Shown here in pieces: positions 1 to 14,200 of a stretch of DNA of 64,000 nt. Position 1 is the first letter of the stretch; every line of letters starts with the position of its first letter. Position numbers and translations under genes: made by a program. The notes under the pieces were generated by a model, which was not told the origin of the DNA, made no database searches, and saw only the letters and a program-made list of their open reading frames with translations. The DNA is from Setoptus koraiensis (taxonomy: Eukaryota > Animalia > Arthropoda): contig CM106585.1 of assembly GCA_048013815.1 (NCBI GenBank), positions 12,896,001-12,960,000 of the forward strand, written 5' to 3'.

Positions 1-878
1 AGCCTCATACCACGAGCCTCATAGTGTGAGCCTCATAGTGTGAGCCTCATGGCGCGAGACGGGCCAGCACTGACAGCTCAGCGCCGAATTGGACGGGACA
101 GAGTCGGGCGTCAGGCGATTCGGGCAGCGGCCAGTTTCGTTTGATTCGCCCGGCTGGCTCGTTTAAAAATCAATTTCCATTCCGTGCAAAGAGCGCCCGT
201 TTATCCGCTTGCCGAGGCTTCTTTTTTGTGCGCCTTCGATTATCCCGACACGGACAGAAACAGAGCGAGCCGTTGGTCGTGTTGCGCTGGCGAGCCTTCG
301 GCCGTGTTGCGCTGGCGAGCTTTCGGTGGTATTGCAATGCGACGTCGATTAGAACAACGCTCGCCAATGGCGAGTCAACCGGGCCCCGTGACAGCCACCG
401 ACAATGGCGACCGCCGAATAAAATCGCGCCCGTGCAATCGAGCATTCGGGCCCGAAATGATTGACAATGGCGAAAAGAAATTAGAGCGCCCATTGTGTTA
501 CTGTTGGCTGGCGCGAGCAGCCGCCTGGCAAAATATCATCATGGCCAACATCATCAGCGCCGCCGAGCGGCTTGCCCAAGCAGCGTCAGAGCGAGGGCCA
601 GCCAGCCAGCAGCGACAATGGGCGCTGCAAATAAAAATCTCGGCGAGCTCGCCGGAGAGAGATCATTAAACGCTCTATTGAATGGTCAAACAACACACAC
701 ACACAAATAAGAGGAAAAAGATGAGCGGATTGAGTGACGCAACACAATGCGCCCGCCGCACAATTGCCGACCGGCTGGCCCCCGCTAACTGGCGGCCTCG
801 CCGGACAATGGCCCCGGCTGGCCCTCTCTGGGGCCCCTTTTATGTGGCGGGCCAGCTCGCCAGCAGCCGAGCGACACG

Positions 879-990
879 AGCGACGGGGCCAGCAAAGCGA
901 CCGAAGCGACGGGGCCAGCAAAGCGACAGAAGCGATGGGGCCAGCGAAACGACAGAAGCGATGGGGCCAGCAGAACGACCGAAGCGACGA
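879..990. repeat. 26-bp minisatellite (AGCGAYGGGGCCAGCARARCGACMGA), about 4.3 copies
   Basis: Units at 879, 905, 931 and 957, with a partial unit at 983. Confidence 0.9.
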
Positions 991-1280
991 GCGGCATTAG
1001 CTGGGCGCGTTGCGCAACGAGTCGCGACAATAATAGTGTGTCTCTATTCGCTGCTCGCCATTCAATTCCGCTAAACAAACAAGCGCGCCAGCGACGCCGA
1101 ATCTATTAGTCGCGAGCGGCGATATTTTTTAATGATCTTGGGCCCCTTTTTTGCGCTCAACTTGCTCGCGCGCGCTCTCAACTGATATGTTGTTGCGTCA
1201 TGCGAGTTGCGTCGCTTGCCGTTGCAGCAATACCAGTGACGCAACAATATCACCGCCAATATACCCAGCAGACAGATAAT

Positions 1281-1330
1281 AGCGACATATAGCGACATAT
1301 AGCGACATAAAGCGACATATAGCGACATAT
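1281..1330. repeat. 10-bp tandem repeat (AGCGACATAT) x5
   Basis: Read directly; one unit has a substitution. Confidence 0.9.
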
Positions 1331-4300
1331 AGCTGACACGGCCGACGCGGCTGACACGGCTGATATAGCTGTATCGGCGTGTCGCTATCTCGCTGGCTAG
1401 ACGGAGAGCCCGAGAGCCCAAGCGCCGCCCCGGGCGGCGGGTCTTCGGGCTCGGGCCTCGGAGCCACTATTGCGCGCCGGCTAGCCGGCCGGCTGGTCGG
1501 TTGGTCGGCCCACTAGCCAGCCGATGTGCCGCGGATGGCCGGGCCGAGGCTCGGGCCGCCAGTCGGCCAAGTCGCGGGAGCGAAAGGTGCGCGCTGCGAG
1601 CACTTTGCACATTATTACAAAACCGATACTAGTCGCCAGCCGGGGGCCGCATAAGTTATGTGGCCTGTCCGCCCGGATAACGCCAGCAAGACCGCGCCAG
1701 CCAGCCAGCCAGCGGCAGCCTTTCGACGGCGGCGAGGGGCCGCGAGAGGCCGCCAAAAGGTTTATGGCTGGCTGTTATTACTGTTATTACTATTATTGCC
1801 GTCGTTGTGTATTATTATTATTATTATGGCAATCGGTGATGCGTGATGGGGGCCCGATCGCTCTTGGCGCCGGAGTCACGCGGGTCTAGTCGCCGGGCGC
1901 TAGTGTCGTTGGGCTTGCGCCATAACCATTTGTCGCTCCCGCCGCCGTCATTACACTGACTCAGACACTGGCTGGCCAGAGACGCGGGGGCGCGAAGCCA
2001 GTTTTGGCGAGACCGTTTCAGTCACTTATTCAGTCAGTTATTGGTGCTGTCGTTGGCCGGCCGGCCGGCCGGCCGGGCCGCTGGCCGCCACCGGACCGCA
2101 GCGGATCCCGTTCGCGGACACTTGCCGAGACACCGCGTCGCATCGTTTGGCGATGCTGCCGGTCCGTTCGGGGGCGCTCATCATTGGGGGCGCCCATCAT
2201 TTGAGAGGGCATCGGCGGTTTGAAACGGCAGCCAGCAAACCGAGGCGCACCTCGCATCGGTCCGAACAGCTCGCGCTCGCAACAAACAAATTGCTCGCTT
2301 GCCAATAATACCTAAATTGGCTAATCTAGCCAGCGCTGGCGAACCGTCGAAGCGCGCCCAGCGATCGCAAGTCGCCCGGCGGATCGCTTATGTGCTCATG
2401 CTCCGCGCGCACTTGAGCGGCTCAATTTCAGCCCGACGCGATCGCTTTGGCCCAATCGATCGCCAGCGCGAGATCTATGGCCCGTTCCCGTTTCTGGTCG
2501 CAATCCGCAATTCAAGCCGTAGTTAAACTGGCGAGGCTCGATTAGTCGCGCTTGTTAGTTTGCGCTGGCGTCGGTGAGCCGTCGACTGGCTCGGTTTTGC
2601 TCGAATGAATCGATTCGAAATTCCCACTTGCAATTTCCAGCGATCGCAAATTCGATTTGGCGCCTCGGCGCAATCGGCCAACTGGCCAACTCTTTGCCAA
2701 AGAGTCTTTGCCGTTCGTGCACAAATTGCGTCATGCCATCTAGGCACCCTCTCACTGTGAGAGTCTCACAACAGTCAGTTGTTGTTGTCGTGTCATATGG
2801 TTGTTGTTGTTGTTGTTGCATCATGCTATTATATAACATGCTATGCATTATGTAACATACCATATATTATGTAACATGTGACTGTGCGAATCGCGTGCAC
2901 AGTTATACATAATGTTGCATGATGAGCATATTGCACGAGCAGCTCACGACGAGAGAAGAAGCTGACAAGCTTGTGAGAGAGAGCGCGCGCAAAAGTCAAC
3001 TCGTAATGAGTTGTTGCGCAATCCCGTTGTATTGATTCGTCACACGCGGACAGCACGTTGCAGCATAGTGGCGCGTGCCCGTCTTACACAACATGTTGTT
3101 ACATGCAGCTCGTGCAGCCTGACACAATTGCCACTCTGTCACACAGACACGAGCCTGACTGGCCGCGTTTGTTGACATGTGTGCACGTGGTGCCGCCGCC
3201 GTTGTTGTTGTTGTTTCAATGTTGGCGTCGCTATCGTTGTTGCCGTTGTTGTTGTTGTTGCAGTTGTTGCTGCTGCTGTTGTTGCTGTTGCTGCTGCTGT
3301 TGCTGGCAGCACGGTTGCTGGCATTCATGGGCGCAAGACGCATTCATCACACAACGACAGCACTGGTTGTTGTTGCATTTGTCGTTACGGTTGTTGTAGC
3401 GCTTGTTGTTACGGTTGTTGGTGCGGTGGGCGTTGCCGGCGGCCCGATGAGCGGAATGGCACCGACTGTGCGGGGCGAGCGGGTTGGCACCGATCGGGCG
3501 GGGGCCGGCGGGCGGGCGGAAGAAGCGTGTGATTCATCCGCATCGCTCGCATGATGAATCCGTTCGGTTCGCGAGCGGCTCGTGGGGCTCCGAGCAGTCG
3601 AGATTGTCGGCGCAGTGTTGTGCGCAGTGTGTGCGGGTGCACAGTCTTTTGTGCACAGTCTTGGCGCGACGTCAGGAGATAAGCGCAGGCTGCTCGACTG
3701 GCAAGTCGTTTGTTGTTGTTGTTTGCTTGTTGTTGTTTGTTGTTGTTTGTTTGTTGTTGTTTGCTGCCATGCATAATATCATTAGGTAACCGAGCGGCGA
3801 GCGAGCTTCACCTTACGTAAGCTCACGAGCCTGCCGACGCCAGCAGCAGTTTTAATGTGGCCGCCAGTCGGGCGATGCCGGCAGCGACACTGGCGACGAT
3901 ACTGGCAACGATACTGACCGAGGCGCCGGGGGCCGACAGAAAAGAATGAGCTCGGCGGGGCGAGTGGCCACTGGTCGCCAGCGGACGACAGTCCGGCCAG
4001 CGGATCGTAGGGTCGCCAGTGGACAGTTGATAACGGCGCCCCACTAAATCGGTTGTTACTTTCGGTCTAGTTATTTTAGTTGTCGTTGGCCGTCGTTTGT
4101 TGTCGCTTTAGTCGTCGTTGGCCGCTTCGGTTACTACGTGGACGTCGCTGTGTGGTGGTCGCTTTGTATGTTGATCTGCTGTTGTTGTTGTTGCTGTCGG
4201 TGGTTGGTTGCATCACTTGAGTGCATTGACCATAATGAACACGGTAACCAGAGCGCAGTGCGTCGCGGCGAGCACAACAGCAGCCATGCTATGCATACCA

Positions 4301-5340
4301 GCCACTATTATGAGATAAAATTGTTGCTGTTGTTGTTGTCGCCGCCGACAACAACAACAATGCCAGCGCTATCAGCCGACAGCAGCAGTGGATTTGTTGG
4401 CTAGCCGGCAGTGGCCAGCAGTAGCCAGCAGCCAGCAGTAGCCAGCAGCCAGAGGCAAAGATTATATCGAGCGCAAACAAACTTGCGCAACTGTTACTGT
4501 TTCGTTTGCTGCACTTGTCATTTGGGCCCGGCTCGCGGGGGCCCCGTGAAGCCAGCTCAATGCGTTTGGGTCTGGCATGTTTGCTGCACTTTAGCAGCGC
4601 ATACTTTGGCGTGGGAGTGCACTTTTGTGCGACATGTGATTTGAGTAGCGCCAGCAAATGTGTTTACACGCCCGCAACGACAACGACAGCAACAACAACA
4701 GCGACAACAACAGCGACAACAACAGCGACAGCAACAACAACGGCGACACAAACATTTGGCTGACAGCGCTGACAGCCGAGCCAACAGCGACGGCCGAGCC
4801 AACAGCGACAGCGTCCGGCCGGCGATACCTACACGCCAGCATCGTTACTATTGTCGTTAGTGTGTCGCTCGCAACTAACGCCATTCATTTGATCCGATCC
4901 GTTTCATTTCGAGCGGCTGTTAACGCGCACCCCGGGCCCGTTACGCGATCCGCGTCGCGTCGCCCCATAAGTGATAACACTCAAAGCCACTCACTTGTGC
5001 CTCATGCCACGTTATGCCTCATGCCACGTTATGCCTCATGCCGTTGCGTCATGCGATATCCCTGCCCAACGCTTACGCGCCGTTATGTGGCGCCCCAACG
5101 GCATGTTGTGCCATGTTAAGCGGTGCACAGGTGAGCAGTTGGGCCCCGCTGCTCGCTGGCGCTGTAGTCTGGCACAGGTATTCACTTTATAATTTCGCTA
5201 TGCCAACTGGCTGGCACAACTTGCGAGTCGCTGGCCGCTCCAATGATGGATGGCGCCCCCGCTCTCGGGCCAAGCTCGCCGGTTGCTGAGCCCGATCACG
5301 GACGGACGCACAATCGCATCGTTCGCTCGCAATCCATTTC

Positions 5341-5397
5341 CTCTTCGCCCTCTCTTCGCCCCTCTTTTCGCCCCTCTTTTCGCCCCTCTTTTCGCCC
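5341..5397. repeat. About 12-bp pyrimidine-rich tandem repeat (CTCTTTTCGCCC), about 5 copies
   Basis: Read directly; it explains the EKRG/FRPS/FAPL repeats in spurious ORFs. Confidence 0.85.
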
Positions 5398-7096
5398 TTC
5401 TTTTTCACCATTCTTTTTCGCTCGCAGGCTCGCTGACTCGATGGCTCGCTGACTCGATGGCTCGCGTAGCCAGTGAGCTGGCAGCGAGTCGGCGGCGAGT
5501 CGGCCACCGAATGCGAGGGCCACTGTGACGACACTTGCTGCGACGCCCAGAGAGAGAGAGCGGGCCTCTCGCAGGGGCCCGCCGGCCAACACCGCCACAA
5601 GTCACGCCAGAGAGGACGTTTATGCCCGATAACGGTCAATAGGCCGTTAATAGGTTCAGGGTGGCGCTCGTTGGCGCTTCCCTGATCGCATCGCTGTGAC
5701 GCACAGTGCCTCAATTTCGCACAGAGATGCAATTTAGATTGGCGAATTGCAATTGAATTGTCGCTGGCTCCGTTACGTAGCACTCGCTGCATCACTGTAA
5801 CACTGGCATTGGTCACGCTGTGCGTCTTGTCGGAGATTTCAAACTCGCGTCGGTTCTTTTATCTCAGTTCGTTCAGTTCTTTTGTTGCTTGTTGTGCCAC
5901 CAGCGAACGCTCCGTCCAAGCCAGCGAACGCTCGACAGGCGACTCATCTATCGAGCCGCGTATCGAACTGGACTCACGAGGATGAGTGTGCAGTCTGATG
6001 TACGGTTGCACAGATTTGATCAGCAACGTTTGACAGTTCTGAGCGAATGGCGACACAAGTGGCATCGACGCTCGCCACTCGCACTGTCCCGCTCAGTTGA
6101 TTGGTCAAGCCTCGCTCTGGCCAGTTGTCTCGGCGAGCGGCCGCCTCGTGCGCACCAACAACAACCACAACAACAACAACGACGACGACAACAACAACGA
6201 CGACGACAACAACAACTGCGACTGCGACTCACTTGGTGCATGCACGTGCCGATTCAGTTTCCGGCGCGCACGTGTTTTTTGGTGGCGCAGCACATTTGGC
6301 ATTAGCGGGCTCATCTGTTGTGATTGGCTCACTCGCGTCAAGCCGCTGAGTCAAGCGCTCTCTGGCGGCGATTGCGGCGGGCCAAAGGTGCCAGCCGAGC
6401 GCGAGACACTTGACATTGTGGAGCCGGCTCGTCGAGTTTGTTCTGATTGTTCTGTTTATTTTGTCTGTTTATTCTGTCTGTTTTGTTGGCCGGCGTGAGT
6501 GGCGCAGCTTGCGCAAGAGTCGCCGGCAACAGCTGATTGTTTTGACAAATCAGCTGTTATCAGACGTACGTTTGACAATTGGCGAGCATGCGTTTGTGGC
6601 GTTGCCAAGCGACGATTTGGCGACTGGCCATATGACTCGCATGATGTGAGGCCAGCGATCATTGGTGACCAATGTGACAATGCGCCGACTGTGCGCATAT
6701 GTGAGAGAGCCTGAGAATGCGCCAACGATAGTGCGCCGGCCACTTGTTGTTGCTCGTGTCATTGGGCACTGCAGCGCATCACTGACCACTACTGAGCTGA
6801 CCACTACTGAGCTGGCCACTGTTGCGCCACAGGACACAGCTGACACAACTGACACAGCAACCAGGTGAGCAGCTGACACATCGACCAGGCGAACAGGCGA
6901 TCAGGCGAACAGGCGAACGACAAACAGCGAAACAGGCGAGCAGAAGGACGGACGAGCGTGGCCGCACAACAGGTTACGTGTGGGCCGAAAAAGAGTGACG
7001 CGCCGACTCGGGCGGCGAGAGGCGGCGTGTGAACCTGCGACAATATGCGACTAATCTAATTGTTTGTGATTCGCTCTCGCTGGCGCTCGCGCTCCA

Positions 7097-7229
7097 TTCG
7101 ACGAACGAACTTCGACGAACGAATTCGACGAACGAATTCGACGAACGAATTCGACGAACGAATTCGACGAACGAACTTCGACGAACGAATTCGACGAACG
7201 AATTCGACGAACGAACTTCGACGAACGAA
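7097..7229. repeat. 13/14-bp minisatellite TTCGACGAACGAA(C) x10
   Basis: Ten head-to-tail units with no spacers; units 1, 6 and 9 carry an extra C. Confidence 0.95.
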
Positions 7230-10200
7230 TTCCGTTGGCACTCACACGACAGTGTGTGCGCATGTCGGCATCGAGGCGCGCTCGCTTTCTCTCAATGACT
7301 GCCCGTGCGACTGTCACCGCGGCCACTGTCACTGCCGGCCACTGTCACTGTCAGCTGACCGGCGCACAGGTTGCTGCGCCTGTCAGGGCGCTGTCAGGGT
7401 CAGCTGGTTGCGCACATGACTTGTCGAGACTTGTTGTGCGCTGTGTCTCCACAGCACAGAACAATGGCGTCATGCGACTCGCCGCTGCCAAAACGGCAAA
7501 CATTCCGCAACAGCAGCTCCCATTTGGCCATTTGCTGCTCCGCTGCCACTGTCCGGCGCGACTGTCCGGCGCGATTGTTCAGAGAGAGCGGCCAGTGAGA
7601 GCGGCCAGTGCGAGCCCACGGGAGGCGACCGGCAATTTGTTGTCGGGTCGCGCCGGCAACCGTCAATTTGTTTGCCGGCGCGTCGGCGCAACTACATGCG
7701 CCGATCTAGATACTACACATACGCCACTGCTGTGCGTGCCACCATTGTAAGTGACAGCCGGCCGGGCCGGGCCGAGCCGAGCAATTGTGCCGATATGTTC
7801 ACACTTTGTTTTGCACTACTTGTTGTCCGGCAGCCGCGGCGTTGCTGGCCGGCGCGGATTCCCGCTGCAAATTGTGCTGTTGTTGTTGTACTGCAACTGC
7901 ATGCTGTAGCATTTGTAGGCTACAAATTGTAGCAAATGGTCCCGACTAACACCGCTAAACAGCGGCTGCCGCGCCGGCCCGTGCTGTGCCATATAATTAT
8001 TTATAATTGGCACAGCACCAACGGGGCAGCACCGTTAGCCGCTGTCGGTGTGCTTCAACTGTGTCTCGACTGGCGGAGAAATTCTCGCAGCAGCGGCCGG
8101 CCCACAAATGCCAACTGGCGGCCAAGTTTGCTCGACTTTCGACTTCTTTGCACTTTCGAACGCTTCGCTGGTCGGAAACGCACAAGGTCGCCGTAGAGCG
8201 GACGGCACAGTGAGCAGCCAGTCGTTGGGAGGCGCAGCTCGGCCAACTGACAAACAAACAACAAACAACACAAACTGACCAGCTGACCAGCGCCGATCAG
8301 CTGTGCACGGTCGTCATCAACAAGTGTGATGCAACAGCAGCTAGTAATTAGATTAGCCGGTCGCCGCGTTTGACGGCTCGCTGTGCCGTTGTGGCGCAGA
8401 TCTAGATTCGGATTCGATTCAGGTTTTGTTCGGTGTTCATTCAGGTTTTGGTGCGGATTTGATTTTGATTCACAATTGTCAGATTCAGTTGCGCGGCGGT
8501 TCGTCTGACAAGCTCGCATTTGTGCGCCAAGGTGACACAAACAAGGCAAATAACGATCGTGCGCAATTGTCGGCGCGCAAAGACAGTTGCCAGCGAGCAA
8601 CCGCTGACCACTGGTCACTGCGCCGACAGCGCCGACAACGGCCACAGCGGCCGCAACGGCAACAACTGACCTGTCAAATGGCGCAACCAACAGCAACAGT
8701 GCGCCGTAATTGCCATTATGTTATGACTGACTCATTTGCATCACAATGGGCGCTGTTGTTTTGATAGCAGCTCGTCCATCGCTTACATCGACAATTTCAA
8801 ATCGACAATTTCAAATCGACAATTTCAAATTGTGCGTGCCCGTCAATTGGCTCGCTGGCACTTGGGCCGACATTGCGATATTTGCGCGACATACTATACG
8901 ATATACCGGTATTTGTGCAGCAATCGCACAAAGTGTAATAATATGCCGATAATGTGCCAATTGTCACTGTCGCGCACCGTTGTAATATGTTGTGATAGCG
9001 TCACAATAGTATTGTGACATTGTTATGTTGTCGTGTTGCGCTATTGCGATTGAGCCACTCGCTAATGGTGCGATATGGCTGCGCTCGAGGGGCGACAGGC
9101 AACAGTTCAAGTGGACAGAGAGTGGCGAAAAGAGAGCAGACAATCGTTTTTTGGCACATTGTTTTGTTTTTGTTTTGTCGCGTTTGGTTGGCTGGCATTG
9201 AAATGGAAATTTCCTATTCGAAGCAAACTCGACTCCGAACCGACAATTGCGAACGTGAGCCGGCGCACAAAAATGAATGAACGCGAAAATGTTGCCCCAT
9301 CCAACACTTGCGCCGCTTCACACTGGCTCGAGCTTTTGCTCTCATTCATTACGTTCGCAGCCTCGTTGTTGTTGCGATGTCGTCGTTGTTGTTGCGTTGT
9401 TGTCGTTGTTGTTGCGTTGTTGTCGTTGTTGCTGCTGCTGTCGTCGTTGTTGTTGCTGCTGTTGTCGTTGTTAGGTGTTGTTGTGCCAGCGTCGCAACAC
9501 GATGATCGCGCACTACATGTTGCTGCAAATGTATCGCCCATTGCGCATAGACGCCGACCGGCAGTCGATTGGAGATTGCAAATTGCAAATTAGAGTGGCT
9601 GCTGTCGGATCTGGACGCGCCGTATCCTGGTTGCGTGTCGTTTATCGCTAACTGCTTATACCTGGTATATACACATGCAAATGGCATGCGAACTTGGCCT
9701 TGCAACAGCCAACCAACAACCAAAGCGACAACCAACAGCAGCAACCAACAACAGCAACCAACAACAGCAACCAACAACAGCAACCAGCAGCCAGCGCAAC
9801 GGCCCACGAAGTGGCAAATTGTGTGCGCCAATTGCTCGCCAATTGTGCACAGTGCGCCCATTCTGTGCCCAATGCAACGGCGCCCAGCGCTGACTGGTGG
9901 CCGGCAACACAGCCGGTAATATCTGCGAATGACTCTTAATTTAGACTGCCAACCAAATATCGGCCTGAATAACGCTAGCCCAATGCGAGAATATTCAATA
10001 TCCACGCTCGGATGCTGCCCAACGAGTGCTGGCGTCGGCGGAATTCAAGTGCAATTTCGAAGCTCGCGACTCGCAGCCGGCAAATCGAAGCTCGCGACTC
10101 GCAACTGGCAAATCGAAGCTCGCAACTGGCCGAATGGGCACACAGTCGAGCGATCGGCCAGCGCAAGAATCGGCGAAGAATCGAAGAATTCGGACAACAG

Positions 10201-11112
10201 CAACAATCGCACAAACGAACGCAGCCAGCGTGCACACAATTGGAGCAAAGTGTGAATGGAACCATTTTAAAGTTTAAATTAACACACACGAACGCAACAG
10301 AAAAGATGCAAATGCCCGTTCGCAGCGAACCCGCCAGAGCCCAATGAGACGTGACTGGCCGCAAATCACGACTTTGCGCAACATGTTTATAAATATACAT
10401 GCTCGCAACATTACAATGCCGGCGTGTTCATGTTTATTTTCGCGCCGATGGCCGGCTAATTAGCCGGCCGGCCTGTTGCAACTTGCAAGTGTTGCCCTGT
10501 CGGTTGTGCTCACTGCCGTGGCGAAGTGCGGCCAATGAGACCGACTTGTCCACTGTGCAACTCATACGAACCACTTGACACGAACATAAAAAGTGCACAG
10601 TCCGAACCGAAGTCCATTGATCGGATTCATTGTTGCGCCCGCGCTCACCTGAGCGTCCCAGTCTCGGCCTCTCAGGTGAGTTATGCAACGGCCAGAGCGA
10701 GCGTTGTTGTTGTTGCTATTATCGTCGTTGTTATGAGTGTTGTTGTTGTTGTTGTTGTTGCTGTTGCTGTTGTGGATGTTGTGAGTCATCGGTCAGCAGC
10801 GGCACAGGTAAGGCCGCCGGTTCGGGGCGGTTGCCGGACAGCTGGCACTTGTTGAATGGCTCGCAAGGCCGGCAGCGGAACGCAAGCGCGTCCCTTGCAG
10901 CAACAGGCTCGCTTTTGCAGCGTGCCCGAAAGAGAGACGGACGCGCTCAAGGTGAGCGCCGCGGCCAGCACGTGTTTTTTATTATCACATTCATCGTGCT
11001 ATCATGATGCGAGCTGTCGCTGATAAATCATATTACCATATTATCATTTATCATTTATCATGCGACTTGTGTCCGGCCCGACGACTCGCCATGACTGATG
11101 ACCGGCACCGCC

Positions 11113-11243
11113 AACAACAACACTCATAACAACAGCAACAACAACGGCATTAACAACAACAGCAGCAACAACAACAACAGCATTAACAGCAACAACACCG
11201 ACAACAACGACAACGCTCACAACAACAACAACAACAACAACAA
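11113..11243. repeat. Imperfect (AAC)n microsatellite, representative of dozens of AAC/GTT tracts in the window
   Basis: Read directly; similar tracts occur at about 6160-6215, 9385-9485, 38836-38866 and 41855-41901. Confidence 0.9.
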
Positions 11244-14200
11244 CGGGCAACCACTTGGCCGCAAACAAGCGCCGGAGCGAGCTGAGCGGCCGCTTCGGGC
11301 CGCCAACAAAGCGACCGAGCAACAAGCGAATCATGGCGCAGAATTCCATATCATACGCATGAGCCGAACCGAACACAACTAATCACGGCCGTAGCATGAC
11401 TAATCGCAATTGAACCGTGCCCCAAACATGAGCTGTCGCTGCCGCACAACGCCAACGGCGGCGCTAAACGCGCGCACGTTAACGTGTTCGTTGCAATTGC
11501 CAGCCCAGTTCTTAGCGCCTTCGAAATGCGAAATGCGAAGTTCGAATGGATTCGAATTGGGCCATTCGGTTGGAGCGATTCGCAGTGGAAGCCGCCCGGC
11601 TGTCGCTGCCAATCGGCGGCGCGTCCCACTGCCAGTGGCCACTACAAACGGACTGCCGCTCGTCACTTTCGCCACAGTCACAACTTTCTCCGGCGGTCGC
11701 TCGGCTCGCAACACACCGCTCACCGGCCCGCTAACCGGTCGTCGTGGCCGCTGTTGTCGGTGTCGGTGTTGTTGTCGGTGCTGTCGTTGTTGGCGGTGTC
11801 GCTGTTGCCGCTGCTGGCGTGATCAATAAATGGAAATAAATAGGAATAAATGGAGAGCAGTGGAAATAAATAGGAGCAAGTGCCAACGAGCGCCTATTTA
11901 TTATATATTCTATGGTGCAGACGGCCCACGACGGCCAATAAAAAGTGGCTGAAATCCCTGTTAACTGCTCAATTCCGACAGCCACCGACTGCTCCGATTG
12001 CAGTTAGGAACGCCGCTTACGGCCGCTCCGGCCACTTCGGCCACCACGGCCGGTTTAGTGCCGGCCGCTGACAATGGCGACCGGCGGTGCCAAAAGGCTC
12101 GCCCGAGAGCTGTCAGACAGACCGGTCTAATTATCGCGTCGACAACACCACTTTACAAGTGATTCGCGTTTATGGCCACCAGCGCGCCAGCGCGCCACAG
12201 CGCCATCTCGCCGCCGCTGGCACTGTCTGCCGAATCATCAAAATGTGTCCAATGGGTTGCTGCGGCGCGCTCATGCGTTTGCTGACCGCGGTCAGTGGGG
12301 CCCGGCGGCCGGATCGGCGAGCGGTGCGCGCATCGGTGATGCTGCGCCAGAAGGGGCCGCCGCTCGGGACGTGACCGAGGGATCGAGTCGGCCGGCCACG
12401 CGGGCCGGATGATGCGTCCGTCGGGCCGGCCAGCAGCGCCGCTTCCAGCGGCGAAGCTGTGAGGCGGGCCTGTGAGCCGGCCCTTGGCTGGCTGGCCGGC
12501 AATATTGAAAACGATATGGAGAGAGACATTGAGAGATGCCGGCCGGATTAGTGGCAGTTGGCCAGCGGACAGAGGCTTATATTTTTGTGTTATTATGTTC
12601 GCTTTGAGGCGAGTTATTCTTTAAGTCGGGAATTAAGTGTGCGGCTCGCTGACATCGCTGGCAGGGCCGTTTCTCGGCAGCGATCGCTGCCGAGCCGGCC
12701 GAGTGGCCGGCGCTGAGCGAGCGCAATGGCGACGGCGATGAATTTTTGCGAATCATGCGCGAATTCGCGATGATCATGTGATACGCGAAGAAACAAGATA
12801 CAGTCAGGGAATTATGTTGGTGTGTCTGGCCGGCTTTTAATTCCACTTCTCGCCTTGGTCGGCGGGCGACAGCGCGCGCTCGTTAGCGGTAAGAGGATTT
12901 TCTCCGCTCGGCGCTTCTTCGGGCGCTTCTCGGCCGCTCTCCGCGTTTCCTTCTTCTGATGGCCTAATAAGTGAGCTCTGCTGAGACCTGGCTGCTCCTC
13001 GAGCGATTCTGTTTGCTGCTTCTTGGGCTGCCTGTTCTCTGGTCGCCCGTTCTCTGGTCGCCCGTTCTTTGGTCGCCTGTTCGCGACTCGTTGGCTCGCC
13101 CGCTTGCAATTGGTTGGCTCGCTTGTTTGCAATTCTTTGATTCGCTGGCATTGGCCGGATCATGGCATGGGCATCATCATCATTAACTGCGATGGCGCAG
13201 TATTTATAGCCTGTGCACACACAGACAAGGTAGAAAGATTATCGCCGTCGTAATCATGGCTGCTCAGTGCCGGCTCGAGTTGCCCGTGTCACACCGCCAG
13301 CGACAACAGCAACACCGACACACGGCAACACCGACACCGACAACAACAACAACACAGGCAACAACAACACAGGCAACAACGACACAGGCAACAACAACAT
13401 AGGCAACAACGACGCCAACAACGACGCCAAAAACAACAGCAACAACATGTCCGCGTTGCAACGCCGCCGAGCCTAATCCTTGCGCCAGATGAAATATGCA
13501 AGCATGAAATGCAATATGCTTATCATTATTATTTATATAAAGTGGCGATTGTTTATAAACAATTCTCGCGTTTCACGAACGCCCGCCGAATGAACTTGAT
13601 TCTTTTCGCAGCGGACAACTTGTTCGGCCCGGCGCGGCTCGAGTTTGGGCCGGCTCACATTATACAAGTTGCATTTCGGTGCGCATTCGCTCATGATTAG
13701 GCGCTCGGATCAGATGCTCGATGGCTCGCATAACGTATATCACCACTCGAGCAGTGACTTTTGTCAATCAAGATTACACTGGCGGATTAGCATTAGGCGC
13801 TGCTCATCCCGCGACTCGCAACTCGCAACTGGCGACTTGCATCTCGCACACTCGCACTTGCAACCAGCAGCTTGCAACCCGCAACTCGCAACCAGATAAA
13901 AGATGATTCCTCGTCGTGATTTTTTGTTTGCCCTTCCCCTTCCACTGTCATCCGCTGCGCGAGCGGCTTCGATCGGCGAACTCCGACGGCGAACTCCGAC
14001 TTTGCATTGCGACTTCGAATTGCGACTTCCAACTTCGACGGCGAACTCCGACAGGCGAGCGGCGACGGCGAACGGCAGGTTGAGACTTCGAATTTCGCTG
14101 CAAACGATCCTCATGGTTGGCGATGATGCTCATGGTCGGTCATTGTGAGCCAATTTCTCGTTCGGAGGCTCGTCAGCGGCCGCATCGCCAGCATCGGCGA

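Noticed and set aside
7097-7229. CRISPR-like appearance of short direct repeats (also at 879-990 and 51850-52054)
   Set aside because: The units are head-to-tail with no unique spacers, there are no cas genes, and the context is eukaryotic.
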